Program-made: the position numbers and the translations under genes
Notes under the pieces: generated by a model
Database searches by the model: none
Told to the model about the DNA's origin: nothing
The model's input: only the letters and a program-made list of their open reading frames with translations
In this document: piece after piece, positions 47,840 through 57,815 of the stretch
How positions within the stretch are numbered: the first letter of the stretch is position 1
How the letters are laid out: every line of letters starts with the position of its first letter
Source of the DNA: Spirochaetia bacterium
Lineage (GTDB): Bacteria > Spirochaetota > Spirochaetia > SP-2023
DNA: 64,000 nt
Reading direction: 5' to 3'
NCBI GenBank assembly: GCA_965263295.1
Contig: OZ253665.1
Coordinates: 1,280,001-1,344,000, forward strand

Positions 47840-48307
47840 ATGCTAGCAATAATTCTGATATTTATAGGTGGAGGTATCGGATCGGCTAGCCGTCACCTAG
47901 TTTCAATCAAAGTTGCAAAGCTGATACGGAACGGCTGGCCTGACTGGCTAGTATGGCAAGATTTTTCGTTGGCAACCCTACTTGTCAATATCCTGGGGAG
48001 TTTTGTTCTGGGATTTCTGGCTGTACTATACCGCCAATATATTTGTACCTCAACCCCGATGGCCCCTTCAATGGGCCTATTAAAGGTGCAACTATGGCAG
48101 CAGGTTTATATTCCCTTAATTTTTACTGGGTTTTGCGGTGGCTTCACCACTTTCTCATCGTATATGTTAGATATTTATTCTCAGTTTTTAGCGGGCCACT
48201 TTGTCGGAGCCGGAGTTGTCTTAAGCCTGCACATTGTTCTAGGCCTGCTTTTTGCCGGCTTGGGCGTAGGCTTGGCGGGACTATTGATTTGGCTAATAAA
48301 ACTTTAA
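47840..48307 (+). CDS. crcB: Fluoride channel Fluc/CrcB
   Basis: GGGIGSASRH, TLLVNILGSF, TGFCGGFTTFSSY. Confidence 0.9.
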   Translation: MLAIILIFIGGGIGSASRHLVSIKVAKLIRNGWPDWLVWQDFSLATLLVNILGSFVLGFLAVLYRQYICTSTPMAPSMGLLKVQLWQQVYIPLIFTGFCGGFTTFSSYMLDIYSQFLAGHFVGAGVVLSLHIVLGLLFAGLGVGLAGLLIWLIKL

Positions 48308-48503
48308 AAATATACATTCTGGGAACCTTACAACTGGCATCTGAGCCCTCGGACTCAAGAATTTCTAAAATTTAGTGGAGAAAGTACTGGAAACTCAAAG
48401 GTAAAACCTTCAAAATATATTTGATATTGTCGGTCAATGTACAGTCCGAACATCAATATAGGTCTAGCAGATTTCGCTTGTGTGAGGGGATTGAGCTTCA
48501 GGA

Positions 48504-49586
48504 ATGGAAACTATAGTGTTATCAAAACAAAAGTGGCTGCAAATTGCATATCTTTGCAGACAAATACGGATCCAGCTCGGCGGTTTGATTTTATACCTGA
48601 CAATGTTTTTGGGCTTTTTTTCAAACCATACTAATGCACTATTTGCGCAAGAAAAAATGGTTTACACGATTTCCCTCTATTCTGAGAGCAGTCGTGGTTC
48701 AAGTTTGAAGCTAGATACCGACAGTGGCTGGCTACCTGTCTCGACCATTTCGCGCGAATTATTCAACCGAGTTCCCAAACCCGCCAAAGGTGTTCTACGA
48801 AAGTGGCGTATACGGGCCGACTATGTGGAATTTGATACCCAGAAAAAAGCTGCCCTGGAAGTACTCTTTGAACCCCAAGAGGGTAAGCCCCTAGTTTTCG
48901 TCTTGCCTTGGAAAGATCGCAGTTTTGTTTCGCTGCAATCTGACCGCAGCAATTGGTTCATTCCCTACAACGAAGAGGAAGGCACACTAATCGACAGCGA
49001 GGCCAAAGTCTCCTTCCGCGTAGTTACTGAAGTCGGTAGTGGTGCAAGCCTAAATCTATCCGAAGCCGTTCTTGAAGCTTGGGACGTAGTAGTTACAGAA
49101 ACCCAAATTGCTTCTGGGCCTAGCCTGCCAAACATTGGCGAATCCGCTAACGATCATTTGATTGAGCTCTATCGCCAGGATGCTCTTCAATTTTCTCTGG
49201 ACTTTGTCAAGTATGGCCTCAATGGCCAACTGCCTAAATATTACTACTCTCAGGCTTCAACTATTTATGGCTTAGAAGACGGCAAAGCATACTCTGTATA
49301 TCGTTGGCCTCCACCGCAAAAAGACTATGGCGATGTATTCATCAACCTTTTTGTCAAGAACTATCGCTATAAAATTTATGACTACAATGAAATGAAAGAA
49401 ATTTATCCGGAGTGGTTTTCAAGGCGGCGCCAGTGGGCACCCAGCAAGACCAGTTATCTATTTGTCGGCGATCAAGTGCTTGTTGGCGGCGTTGATTTTG
49501 TCAGTGATAATATCCTCAAATTCGTAGTAGAATACCGAAAAGGTCGTTGGCAAGTTGTCGCCCGTCCGCTGGAAGCCAATAACTAA
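48504..49586 (+). CDS. Hypothetical exported protein
   Basis: 360-aa ORF with a signal-peptide-like segment ending ALFA; no family recognised. Confidence 0.7.
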   Translation: METIVLSKQKWLQIAYLCRQIRIQLGGLILYLTMFLGFFSNHTNALFAQEKMVYTISLYSESSRGSSLKLDTDSGWLPVSTISRELFNRVPKPAKGVLRKWRIRADYVEFDTQKKAALEVLFEPQEGKPLVFVLPWKDRSFVSLQSDRSNWFIPYNEEEGTLIDSEAKVSFRVVTEVGSGASLNLSEAVLEAWDVVVTETQIASGPSLPNIGESANDHLIELYRQDALQFSLDFVKYGLNGQLPKYYYSQASTIYGLEDGKAYSVYRWPPPQKDYGDVFINLFVKNYRYKIYDYNEMKEIYPEWFSRRRQWAPSKTSYLFVGDQVLVGGVDFVSDNILKFVVEYRKGRWQVVARPLEANN

Positions 49587-49598
49587 TCCATTCTAAAA

Positions 49599-49646
49599 TA
49601 ATCTAAAAAAGGCCAGGGCAATTCCCCCTAGGCCTTTTTTAGATTA
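49599..49646. terminator. Rho-independent terminator (potentially bidirectional)
   Basis: TAATCTAAAAAAGGCC...GGCCTTTTTTAGATTA inverted repeat with a T-tract. Confidence 0.8.
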
Positions 49647-49763
49647 AAGTAATTCCCATACGGGCAAGCCACCTGAATATCTAACTCTAAAATTACTGTG
49701 TCACACTTAGTCCCATAATCACAATATAGACAGACCTAAAAAAAGTAGGCAGATCAATAATTT

Positions 49764-51800
49764 ATGGCAAAACAAAGTAATCAAGAACAGCATGTCAGCC
49801 TAAGTCAATCCTTTCAAAAAATGAATGATGAAGTTTCAAAAAGTGTATTGCATGAAAACTTACAGAATGAGGGCCATCCGAAAAGCGACGCACAAGTTAA
49901 AAGTGACACCTCCCCTCCGCGGAAAATAGATTCCACCGAATTACCTGAGCACAACAGAGAAAAGATTCCAAAGCAATCTAGCGGAGCAGAGACCCCGGCC
50001 AAACCACTAAATTTTACGAGTACCGATCCGGTAGAAGAAGGACGTCTGCGCCATTTTTTGCGTCAGCTGGCTCGGCTATGTAACTTGCGCGGAGATATAA
50101 TTCCCAGAGCCCAGGAATCTCTGTTGCAAAAGTTTTTCTTAAACCGCCGGGATCGCCACCATTTACAACAGATGAGCCATGCCCATGCGCTCCGCTCTGA
50201 AGAAGCATTAAAAAGAGGAAATGCCAATTTATCCCTGCTGGAGCGAATTGAAGCCTGGCGTAAGATGCCACGCGACCTGAGCCTACTCCTAGATGTAGCC
50301 GAAGCCTATATTGAGCCGGGAAATTTTGCCAAAGAGCGAACTCTGAAAGTTCAAAATGCTAGGGCAAGCTTACCGGGTTTGCAAGCGAGCAAGTCAAACA
50401 AGTCCTCAGAACGACCAGAAGCTCCAGCAGAGCCAGTGGGGTCTACAAACATCGACAAAGGCCAAGCAAAGCAGAAACGGGCAAACGCTAAGCAACACAA
50501 AAATAAAGCGGCGAAGCGAGCTCGTAAACAAAATAAGAAGAATGCGCGGCAACTGTTCCAGTTGAACGCCTGGCAGTACCGTCGCCAGTCACTCAACTAC
50601 CTTAAAAAAGCCGTAGAGTTATCTATTGGCTTGGAGACGGAAAACCAGCAGGAAGGAGGCAGAACTTCAGACTATCTGAGCCGAGAACTCGCGCGACTGC
50701 AAAAATTGCAACAGAATTACCCCAGTATCAATTGGGAGCACTACACAGAAAAAATCCGTGCCTTGCAGGGACGACCGCGCAGGCGTTGGCCCCAAGTCAT
50801 TCTCGTTCTATTCGTGCTAGCTCTATCCACTTTGTTTTTTTTCTATCTGCCCTGGCGCAATTGGCTCTTCACTGTTCCCGAACGCCCGGCAGAAAAGACA
50901 GTTGAACGACCCAAAACCAGCGAGCAGACAATGCTCAATACACCTGTGCCTGTAGAATGGAGCGTTCCCCCCGAACAGGATCAAGACTTTGACAGAGCAA
51001 TTCAAAAGTCGCAAAGGTTTAAACTTAACCAGCATTACGTCTACGAAGTACAAGGCCACATTCGGCTCAAACCTGGCAAGCCAAATAAAAACGGAAATGG
51101 GGCAAGCGCTAACCTGGCTGATGAAACTGGCCGCTGGAAGCACTTGCAAGCTGCTCCACCTTTTGACCTCCTCCTGACTTACGAGCACAAAGGCCAGAAG
51201 TTTCACAAGCAGATAACATTTTCTTATGGCAATGATTCACAGCCCAACGAAGCACAGAATGCCCAATTAATGCGAGGTGATACCGTCTTGTTTCGCCAAG
51301 TATTCCGCTTGCCGGATGGGCCATCCAGCGACGATCGGCTACGGGCCCAATTGGCTAAAGTCGGCGAGCCGGCACCTTCGCGCATTGTAGATTTTCGTGA
51401 AGGAGGTTTTGCCCAGCCCCTACAGAGTATTGACCGACAAGGAAACCCAGTACCCAATCTAAATATGGCCTTCCGCGAGAAGGTCCAGATCGACGATGGC
51501 CAAAAAGTGCGCCTGTTAGGCTATGACCTAGAACTGCAAAATAGCAGTAAGCTCCCTTTGGACGAGTACGAATTACAATTGATCTGGCGCCAGGAGGATG
51601 GCATTCGCAGCAAAGAGAATTCTCCCGTATTACTGGAACGCAACTATCAAATGATTTCAGCTAGCGGCAGTAACCTTCCCGGACAATCCCGCACGGTCCA
51701 ACGTTTGTGGTTGCAAATACCAGAAGACTTAAACTATGCGGTAGAACAGCTAACCCCACAGGTGCGAATTGTGGAGAACCGCTTTGCCGCCAAACCTTAA
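49764..51800 (+). CDS. Hypothetical single-pass membrane protein
   Basis: 678-aa ORF; charged helical N-half, RRRWPQVILVLFVLALSTLFFFYLPW transmembrane segment, beta-rich C-half. Confidence 0.75.
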   Translation: MAKQSNQEQHVSLSQSFQKMNDEVSKSVLHENLQNEGHPKSDAQVKSDTSPPRKIDSTELPEHNREKIPKQSSGAETPAKPLNFTSTDPVEEGRLRHFLRQLARLCNLRGDIIPRAQESLLQKFFLNRRDRHHLQQMSHAHALRSEEALKRGNANLSLLERIEAWRKMPRDLSLLLDVAEAYIEPGNFAKERTLKVQNARASLPGLQASKSNKSSERPEAPAEPVGSTNIDKGQAKQKRANAKQHKNKAAKRARKQNKKNARQLFQLNAWQYRRQSLNYLKKAVELSIGLETENQQEGGRTSDYLSRELARLQKLQQNYPSINWEHYTEKIRALQGRPRRRWPQVILVLFVLALSTLFFFYLPWRNWLFTVPERPAEKTVERPKTSEQTMLNTPVPVEWSVPPEQDQDFDRAIQKSQRFKLNQHYVYEVQGHIRLKPGKPNKNGNGASANLADETGRWKHLQAAPPFDLLLTYEHKGQKFHKQITFSYGNDSQPNEAQNAQLMRGDTVLFRQVFRLPDGPSSDDRLRAQLAKVGEPAPSRIVDFREGGFAQPLQSIDRQGNPVPNLNMAFREKVQIDDGQKVRLLGYDLELQNSSKLPLDEYELQLIWRQEDGIRSKENSPVLLERNYQMISASGSNLPGQSRTVQRLWLQIPEDLNYAVEQLTPQVRIVENRFAAKP

Positions 51801-51839
51801 TAACATAAAAAATTTTTCCTGCACGTTTATCTCTGAACC

Positions 51840-52940
51840 TCACTGGTTCGTTACTGGTTCATTACTGGTCCTCACCGGTTCCTCTCCAGTCCAATGGTTA
51901 GGCCACGTGACGGTACCTTGAGTATTTATGTAGAGAAACTTGTCGCCCTGGCTGGCAGCCGCCAATCCCCCATAAAAATCGTGCGTATAACGAAAGATTA
52001 GAGGAGATAGCCAGCGGCCATCCCGATCAATGTAGCGAAAACCTTTATCCGTGCGCACCCAGGCAAAACCTTCATGAAAGTTACCGCCGGTCAAATATTG
52101 GCCAGAAATACAAACGTTACCACGGGTGTCAATATAGCCATAACGATTTTTATTTCGCATAAATACAGCGGCAAAGCCATACGAAAAATCCCCTGCATTC
52201 GGATATAGAGGTGCAATAATCCAGCTGCCATTGCTGTCGACAAAGCCATAGAGCTCAGTCTTATCATCTAAGGCCCGAGCCAAACCCGATACCGGATCGG
52301 CCGTAGCCAAAAACAGATAGCTGGGCGGCGTTGTTATTTCGCCTTGCTTATTGATAATACCAAATCGCCCAGAACGGACAAAATAGGCAAAGCCGGCCCG
52401 CATTGGCCCCGCAGCACTGACATTATCCAGGGTGAAAACTTCAGCGCCTTTTTTATCAATATAAATGACCCGATTTTCAGCGCTATACAAAACAGCAGCA
52501 AGCCCTTCAGAAAAGCGCCCCGCCTGAGCATACTGCGGGGGGATGACCCAACGTAACTGCCTGTCAACATAGCCCACCTTCTGGGCTACAACAACTCGCG
52601 CCATACCATCCGAAAACAGATCGAGCTTTTCTATCGGGCCGTAGTCGTCCGGAGCTTCCAATTCCTTGCCATCTAGATCGAGGTAAACCAAACTTCCATC
52701 ACGACACTGCACCGGGGCGAAACCCTCAGAATAGCGCTGCACATTCGGATATTTTGGAGGGACAAGCAAATCACCTTCACGATTGATAAACCCATAAGAA
52801 GAGTCTATTTTTACTGGATAGAGGGATTTATTACTGCTACATGCCTGTAATAACAATATCGTAGACAGACCGAGGCAGACACTTGCAATATATAAAGAAG
52901 TATTTTTGGGCAAAAAATTCCCAAACCAATTCATAAGCAT
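51840..52940 (-). CDS. WG-repeat (KWG-like) lipoprotein
   Basis: Lipobox LLQAC; repeats YGFINREG / FSEGLAAV / YGYIDTRG / FHEGFAWV; start moved to 52940 to avoid overlap with purB. Confidence 0.88.
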   Translation of the reverse strand: MLMNWFGNFLPKNTSLYIASVCLGLSTILLLQACSSNKSLYPVKIDSSYGFINREGDLLVPPKYPNVQRYSEGFAPVQCRDGSLVYLDLDGKELEAPDDYGPIEKLDLFSDGMARVVVAQKVGYVDRQLRWVIPPQYAQAGRFSEGLAAVLYSAENRVIYIDKKGAEVFTLDNVSAAGPMRAGFAYFVRSGRFGIINKQGEITTPPSYLFLATADPVSGLARALDDKTELYGFVDSNGSWIIAPLYPNAGDFSYGFAAVFMRNKNRYGYIDTRGNVCISGQYLTGGNFHEGFAWVRTDKGFRYIDRDGRWLSPLIFRYTHDFYGGLAAASQGDKFLYINTQGTVTWPNHWTGEEPVRTSNEPVTNQ

Positions 52941-52954
52941 ACCAAACAAAACTT

Positions 52955-54361
52955 TTACAGCCCCAAGTCTCGTAGTTGCTTGCGATATTGGCGACAAAGT
53001 TTGAGGCAATGCTGCTCACAACGTCCAAGATACTGTTCTGGACTCGCAAGAAAGCTCTCATCATACCCCACCCTAGCTAACTGCTCGCGCAAAACTTTCT
53101 GCAACTCCGGCTCTTCTTTTAGTAGCTCAGGCAAAGACTTTGAACTCTGCTCGCGTTTTAACGTCAAACGGCGCACTACTTCATGAGCATCACTCACGCC
53201 ACCCAATGATAGCAAAATGTACAACGGCTCGGCCAAAACCATGTCACCCAAGCGCTCCAAGTTGAGCTTCAGCTGTCTGTGCGACACAGCCAATTGGGCA
53301 ATTATACTATGCATACGCTCTGTCGCCAAACTAAAACCGGCGACAAAATCCACCACAAAGCGTGCTGAAGCTGAATTGGACAAGTCGCGTTGATGCTCGG
53401 AAATCTGATCCATATAAAAAGACATGACTCTCGGAGAAAAGGCCTTCCACAGACTTTTAACGTGTTCACAGTTCCAAGGGTTGCGCTTCTGGGGCATGGT
53501 TGACGAACCCACCTGAGTCGGCGAAAAATACTCGCGCACTTCGCCAATTTCAGAGCGTTGCAAGTGACGCAAATCGTCAGCTAGATTGGCGATAATACCA
53601 AAGGCCGTATTCAATTCCAAAAGCAGACGCAGCTGATATTCGGGCATAACAATCTGAGTTGAGTATTCAGAAGGCTTAAGACCCAGCAGTTCCAGGTACT
53701 GGCGCTCCATATCCTGCGGCTCATTGCTGATTAAAGACAACGCATTATAACCGCCCACAGCCCCGGCCAGCTTGCCGCGCAGATCGGCACTTAGTTCGCG
53801 CAGTTTCCCCATGCTCTGACCGAGGCGCGAGACATAAGAGGCCATGGCAAAGCCAAAGGTCACGGGCACGGCAAATTGCCCATGCGTGCGTCCCACCTGT
53901 GGGGTGGCGGCCTCGCGTTCCGACAATTCCAGCAGCCCCTTCTGTAACTTGGCCAGCTGAGGCAGAATTACCTGTTGCATAACATCTCGCAAGCGCATGG
54001 CATTGGAAGTATCGACAATATCCATAGAAGTGGCACCCAAGTGCACATAACGACGATAGGCCTGCGGTACCTTTCGCACCATGACATTCACCAGGGCACG
54101 CACATTATGGCAGGTTTTTTCCTCCTCGCGATATACCTCCTCAGGGTCGATTTCAACGCGGGACAATTCTTGCTCAATACAATTTAGATCTTTTCCCCGC
54201 ATCAACAGATGAGTTTTCAGCAAGGCCAGTTCGGCCTTAATTTGATAGCTTACAGCTGCTCTTTCGTCCAAGTACCGCCCCAGTTGCGCGTACAAGTCTG
54301 GGTAAGTATTCCGATAACGATGATCTATTGGCGAGAGGTTGGAAAACATATCAATATCCAT
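52955..54361 (-). CDS. purB: Adenylosuccinate lyase
   Basis: LSPIDHRY, VHLGATSMD, GRTHGQFAVP, GAVG, GSSTMPQKRNP, SEHQRDLSNSA. Confidence 0.93.
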   Translation of the reverse strand: MDIDMFSNLSPIDHRYRNTYPDLYAQLGRYLDERAAVSYQIKAELALLKTHLLMRGKDLNCIEQELSRVEIDPEEVYREEEKTCHNVRALVNVMVRKVPQAYRRYVHLGATSMDIVDTSNAMRLRDVMQQVILPQLAKLQKGLLELSEREAATPQVGRTHGQFAVPVTFGFAMASYVSRLGQSMGKLRELSADLRGKLAGAVGGYNALSLISNEPQDMERQYLELLGLKPSEYSTQIVMPEYQLRLLLELNTAFGIIANLADDLRHLQRSEIGEVREYFSPTQVGSSTMPQKRNPWNCEHVKSLWKAFSPRVMSFYMDQISEHQRDLSNSASARFVVDFVAGFSLATERMHSIIAQLAVSHRQLKLNLERLGDMVLAEPLYILLSLGGVSDAHEVVRRLTLKREQSSKSLPELLKEEPELQKVLREQLARVGYDESFLASPEQYLGRCEQHCLKLCRQYRKQLRDLGL

Positions 54362-54597
54362 ACAATGGTCAAACTTCCTTTGCACTTTAGTGCCCTGTTT
54401 TGCAAAATATGCGTTGAGTGCTTACGCTATTCTGAAAGCTTTAATATAGTGACTTGATAGACGGCCCTCAATGCTTTCGCTCAGTTGGGCCCAGATACCT
54501 AAGACTTCGCGGCAGATTTGACGTCTGCAAAATGCAGAAATTTACTTGAAAATCGTATATCTAAGAAAATATGTAGTTTCTCTGCCTATTTAAATGT

Positions 54598-55533
54598 ATG
54601 CTTGAACAAGTAAAAGCTTTATATCAAGAACTGCAGCCCACATTTGATCGCACGCCAGACAGGACCTCCCTCAGAGATACTCAGCTTGGCCGAACCAGGC
54701 TAGATAATAATAATAATAATATTAAGAGCCAAGGTAAACAAAATGCCCCAGGCATTACCAATGAAACAGATGAAGATTCAAGCTGTATGATTGAAAGGCC
54801 GCGCGAATGGCTTGAGCAAAAGGAAGTTGATTTTTTATACGATGAGTTACTACAACAATTAACGACTCGGGAAATTAGAGATTCACGCCAGAACGATAAT
54901 CTGTTGCCGCGCGAGAAACTGGAAGTCAGTGGTGCCGCTAGCTTAAACAACATTGAACTGCTCTGCCTTCTTTTGGGCAGCGGCAGCAAGCACATACCTG
55001 TACAAAAGCTTGCAAACCGAATATTGCCGCTCTTGTTGCAGCAAACATTTTCCTTGGAGCTAAAGACTCTGCTGGAGATCAAAGGTATGGGGCTAGGCAA
55101 AAGCACAGCCATTTTGGCCGCAATGGAATTGGCCCGACGCGTCTTGAACCCCAGCGGCCAAAAACTTAAAAACCCTGAAGCTATCCACAAACAAATTGCC
55201 CACTTTGCAGACCAGCAGGAGAACCTGATTGCGATCAACCTGAACGGAGCCTGTGAAGCCATTTCGATTCGGCTAGTTACTCGCGGCACGATTAACCACA
55301 GCCTGATACATCCGCGCGAAGTTTTCACCTATGCCATACGCGAACAAGCTCACAGCATCATCATAGCCCACAACCACCCCACTGGGTATCTACAACCCAG
55401 CGCAGAAGACATTTCCAGTACGCGGCGACTAGAGGAGGCAGCCCGCATTTTGGGCGTAAAACTACTAGATCATATTATTTTCTCTCAAAGCAATTATCTC
55501 TCATTTTCGGAACAGGGCCTAATGCAACACTAA
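54598..55533 (+). CDS. radC: RadC/UPF0758 JAB-domain protein
   Basis: PREKL...ELLCLLLGSG, HhH IKGMGLGK, IHPREVF, AHNHPTG...PSAED, LLDHII; start codon uncertain. Confidence 0.9.
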   Translation: MLEQVKALYQELQPTFDRTPDRTSLRDTQLGRTRLDNNNNNIKSQGKQNAPGITNETDEDSSCMIERPREWLEQKEVDFLYDELLQQLTTREIRDSRQNDNLLPREKLEVSGAASLNNIELLCLLLGSGSKHIPVQKLANRILPLLLQQTFSLELKTLLEIKGMGLGKSTAILAAMELARRVLNPSGQKLKNPEAIHKQIAHFADQQENLIAINLNGACEAISIRLVTRGTINHSLIHPREVFTYAIREQAHSIIIAHNHPTGYLQPSAEDISSTRRLEEAARILGVKLLDHIIFSQSNYLSFSEQGLMQH

Positions 55534-55557
55534 AATACCTCTAAATATGAATATTTG

Positions 55558-56883
55558 TTAAGGGAGATTGTCATAGTTTTCAATATGCAGATAATTGTAA
55601 TGAATAAAGATAGCTTGATTATGTTTGCCCAAAGTTTCTCTCAAGCGGGCAACATTGTAACGCGCTAGACCAATACCCAGTTTTTCCTGGCTTTCAGAAT
55701 AAATATCAATCAGGTCACCCTTTGAGAACTCACCGTCACAGGAGACAATGCCTACAGGCAATATGCTGACAACGTGCTGTTTACCGCGCAATTTTCTGGC
55801 CAGACCATCGTTGACGACAATACGGCCCTGTCCCGCAGCTAAGTCTCTTATAAACAACCACTTGCGTACACCACGTAGATTATTTTTAGCCTTATTTTGA
55901 ACTTTATTTCCCGCCTGCTCACGCATTTTGGGCAAGCTCCCCGGCCAATAGCTGGAAGACGGCAATACCAATGTGCCGAGCTCTGGTCTACGCTGCCAAG
56001 TTTCACCCCATTTGTCAAATATGGCCTTTGGCTCAATCTCCGTCTTTTCAATGATAGATTTTGCCGAATGGCAGACTCGCCCCAATATATTAAAGCCGGC
56101 CAATTCAGATACTACCTGTAAAATAATCTCCGACTGGCGCGCTGAGGCAATGCAAGTCGGCACACCAGCCCGGCTCATTTTACGTGCTGTCTCTAGCTTA
56201 CTGGCAATCCCGCCGCGCCCGCTGCTATTCTTACCTTCTAGCCGGGGCCAAACCGCAGCTTGTCGTGGGACTGCCGCTGCTCCCCCTACTGCCACTGGCC
56301 CAAGCAAAGGGTAGAGCCTTGCCCCTGGCTCGCGTGGGTCGCGGTCATAAACACCAGAAGCTTCTGTTAGTAACAATAGCAGATCAGCACCTAGCTGTTG
56401 AGCCAAGGCTCCGGCTAACTGATCGTTATCCGTAAACATCAGTTCATCAATTGAGACACTGTCATTCTCGTTAATAATTGGCAACAACTCTGGATAACCT
56501 TGTAAACTAAGCAACAAACGCTCCAAGTTAAGGTAATGACTGCGACTGATGAAATCATTTTTAGTCAACAACAATTGAACAACATGCAAGCCCTGTTCAG
56601 CGGCTAATTGACGATAGATTTGCATTAGCTCGACTTGCCCTATACCCGCTAAAATCTGCCGGGCAGCTGTATTATTGAGTTGCCTGTGCTCGTGCCAGAT
56701 GCTACGACCTGCGGCAACTGCCCCTGAACTAATTAGATAGACAACATGACCCCGCTCTTTAAGTTGAAATATTTGAGACAACAATTGAGCCAGAAATTTG
56801 CAATCTAGATGACTTTCCAAAACATCAGGGTTCGGCGGCTGCTGCAGTAATGACTGGCTGCCAATTTTCACCACAATTATCAT
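55558..56883 (-). CDS. proB: Glutamate 5-kinase with a PUA domain
   Basis: VVKIGSQSL, SSGAVAAG, PIINENDSV, FTDNDQLA, GRGGIASK, C-terminal SILPVGI...FSKGDLI. Confidence 0.93.
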   Translation of the reverse strand: MIIVVKIGSQSLLQQPPNPDVLESHLDCKFLAQLLSQIFQLKERGHVVYLISSGAVAAGRSIWHEHRQLNNTAARQILAGIGQVELMQIYRQLAAEQGLHVVQLLLTKNDFISRSHYLNLERLLLSLQGYPELLPIINENDSVSIDELMFTDNDQLAGALAQQLGADLLLLLTEASGVYDRDPREPGARLYPLLGPVAVGGAAAVPRQAAVWPRLEGKNSSGRGGIASKLETARKMSRAGVPTCIASARQSEIILQVVSELAGFNILGRVCHSAKSIIEKTEIEPKAIFDKWGETWQRRPELGTLVLPSSSYWPGSLPKMREQAGNKVQNKAKNNLRGVRKWLFIRDLAAGQGRIVVNDGLARKLRGKQHVVSILPVGIVSCDGEFSKGDLIDIYSESQEKLGIGLARYNVARLRETLGKHNQAIFIHYNYLHIENYDNLP

Positions 56884-56906
56884 CTGCTTTGATCAATCTC
56901 TTTTGA

Positions 56907-57800
56907 CTATTCAGCATGGCATAATTCGCCGTTACGCTGGATCCCCCGATCAATAGCCTGGGCCAACGCAGCCTGCAGTTGAGGCTCTAGCACCGACAAA
57001 GCCGCTTCGGTCACACCAGCTTTACTGGTCACGGCCTGTCTCAGACGGGCAGCCAAATTGCAGGAATCATCTGTTACCGCACTCATAGCTGGTTCTTTCA
57101 ACTTCGTATCCGCCAGATAGGCCGCCGCCCCCAAAAAGGTCGCTTCGGCCAAACTCGCCGCTTCATGCGGAGTAAAACCCCGTTTTTGTAGTTCAAGCTG
57201 TAACAATTCCGTTATCAAGTAAAAGTAGGCTGGGCCAGAGCCGGTAACTGGTGTCGCATTGTCCAACTGTGCTTCATTTTTACACCAGACAGCCTTACCG
57301 ATACGATGAACTAGCGTATTAATAATTTCTTTTTCCGCAGCACTGAGCTGCAGCCCCTCATCCGCATATAAAAGGTTGGCCCCCTGTCCCACTTGAGCCC
57401 CCAGATTCGGCATCAATCGTATAACGCGCAGATCCTGTTGATACGCTTTGTACCAAGAGAGCGGCAACCCAGCCGCCATCGTCAACCACAGACTGCCATG
57501 GCCAAACTGTAGGCAAGCCTTCAGTTGTTTTCGTATAACCTGTGGTTTCATACCCAGAATAATCAGAGTGAAGCGCAGAGACCTTTCATCAACAGATCGC
57601 TGCAGTTCAGGCAAGCTAGAAACCAGACGTATGTGGGGAGCGGCCTGAGTGTAATCTGAATGGGTTAGCAGTTTATGCCGCTGCCCTTCAGAGATGCGCA
57701 AAATCCAGACTTCCTTCCAACTATTACCTATCAGCGAAAGGCAAGCTTGCAGCATTGCTCCCGCCATGTGACCACAACCTAAAAATAGAAGATTCATCAA
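56907..57800 (-). CDS. proC: Pyrroline-5-carboxylate reductase
   Basis: LGCGHMAGA, MKPQ, IRLMPN, TGSGPAYFY, LRQAVTSKAGVTEAAL. Confidence 0.93.
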   Translation of the reverse strand: MMNLLFLGCGHMAGAMLQACLSLIGNSWKEVWILRISEGQRHKLLTHSDYTQAAPHIRLVSSLPELQRSVDERSLRFTLIILGMKPQVIRKQLKACLQFGHGSLWLTMAAGLPLSWYKAYQQDLRVIRLMPNLGAQVGQGANLLYADEGLQLSAAEKEIINTLVHRIGKAVWCKNEAQLDNATPVTGSGPAYFYLITELLQLELQKRGFTPHEAASLAEATFLGAAAYLADTKLKEPAMSAVTDDSCNLAARLRQAVTSKAGVTEAALSVLEPQLQAALAQAIDRGIQRNGELCHAE

Positions 57801-57815
57801 TCGTTTAACTTCCCG

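Noticed and set aside
54681..55328. 215-aa minus-strand ORF
   Set aside because: It is an antisense shadow of radC
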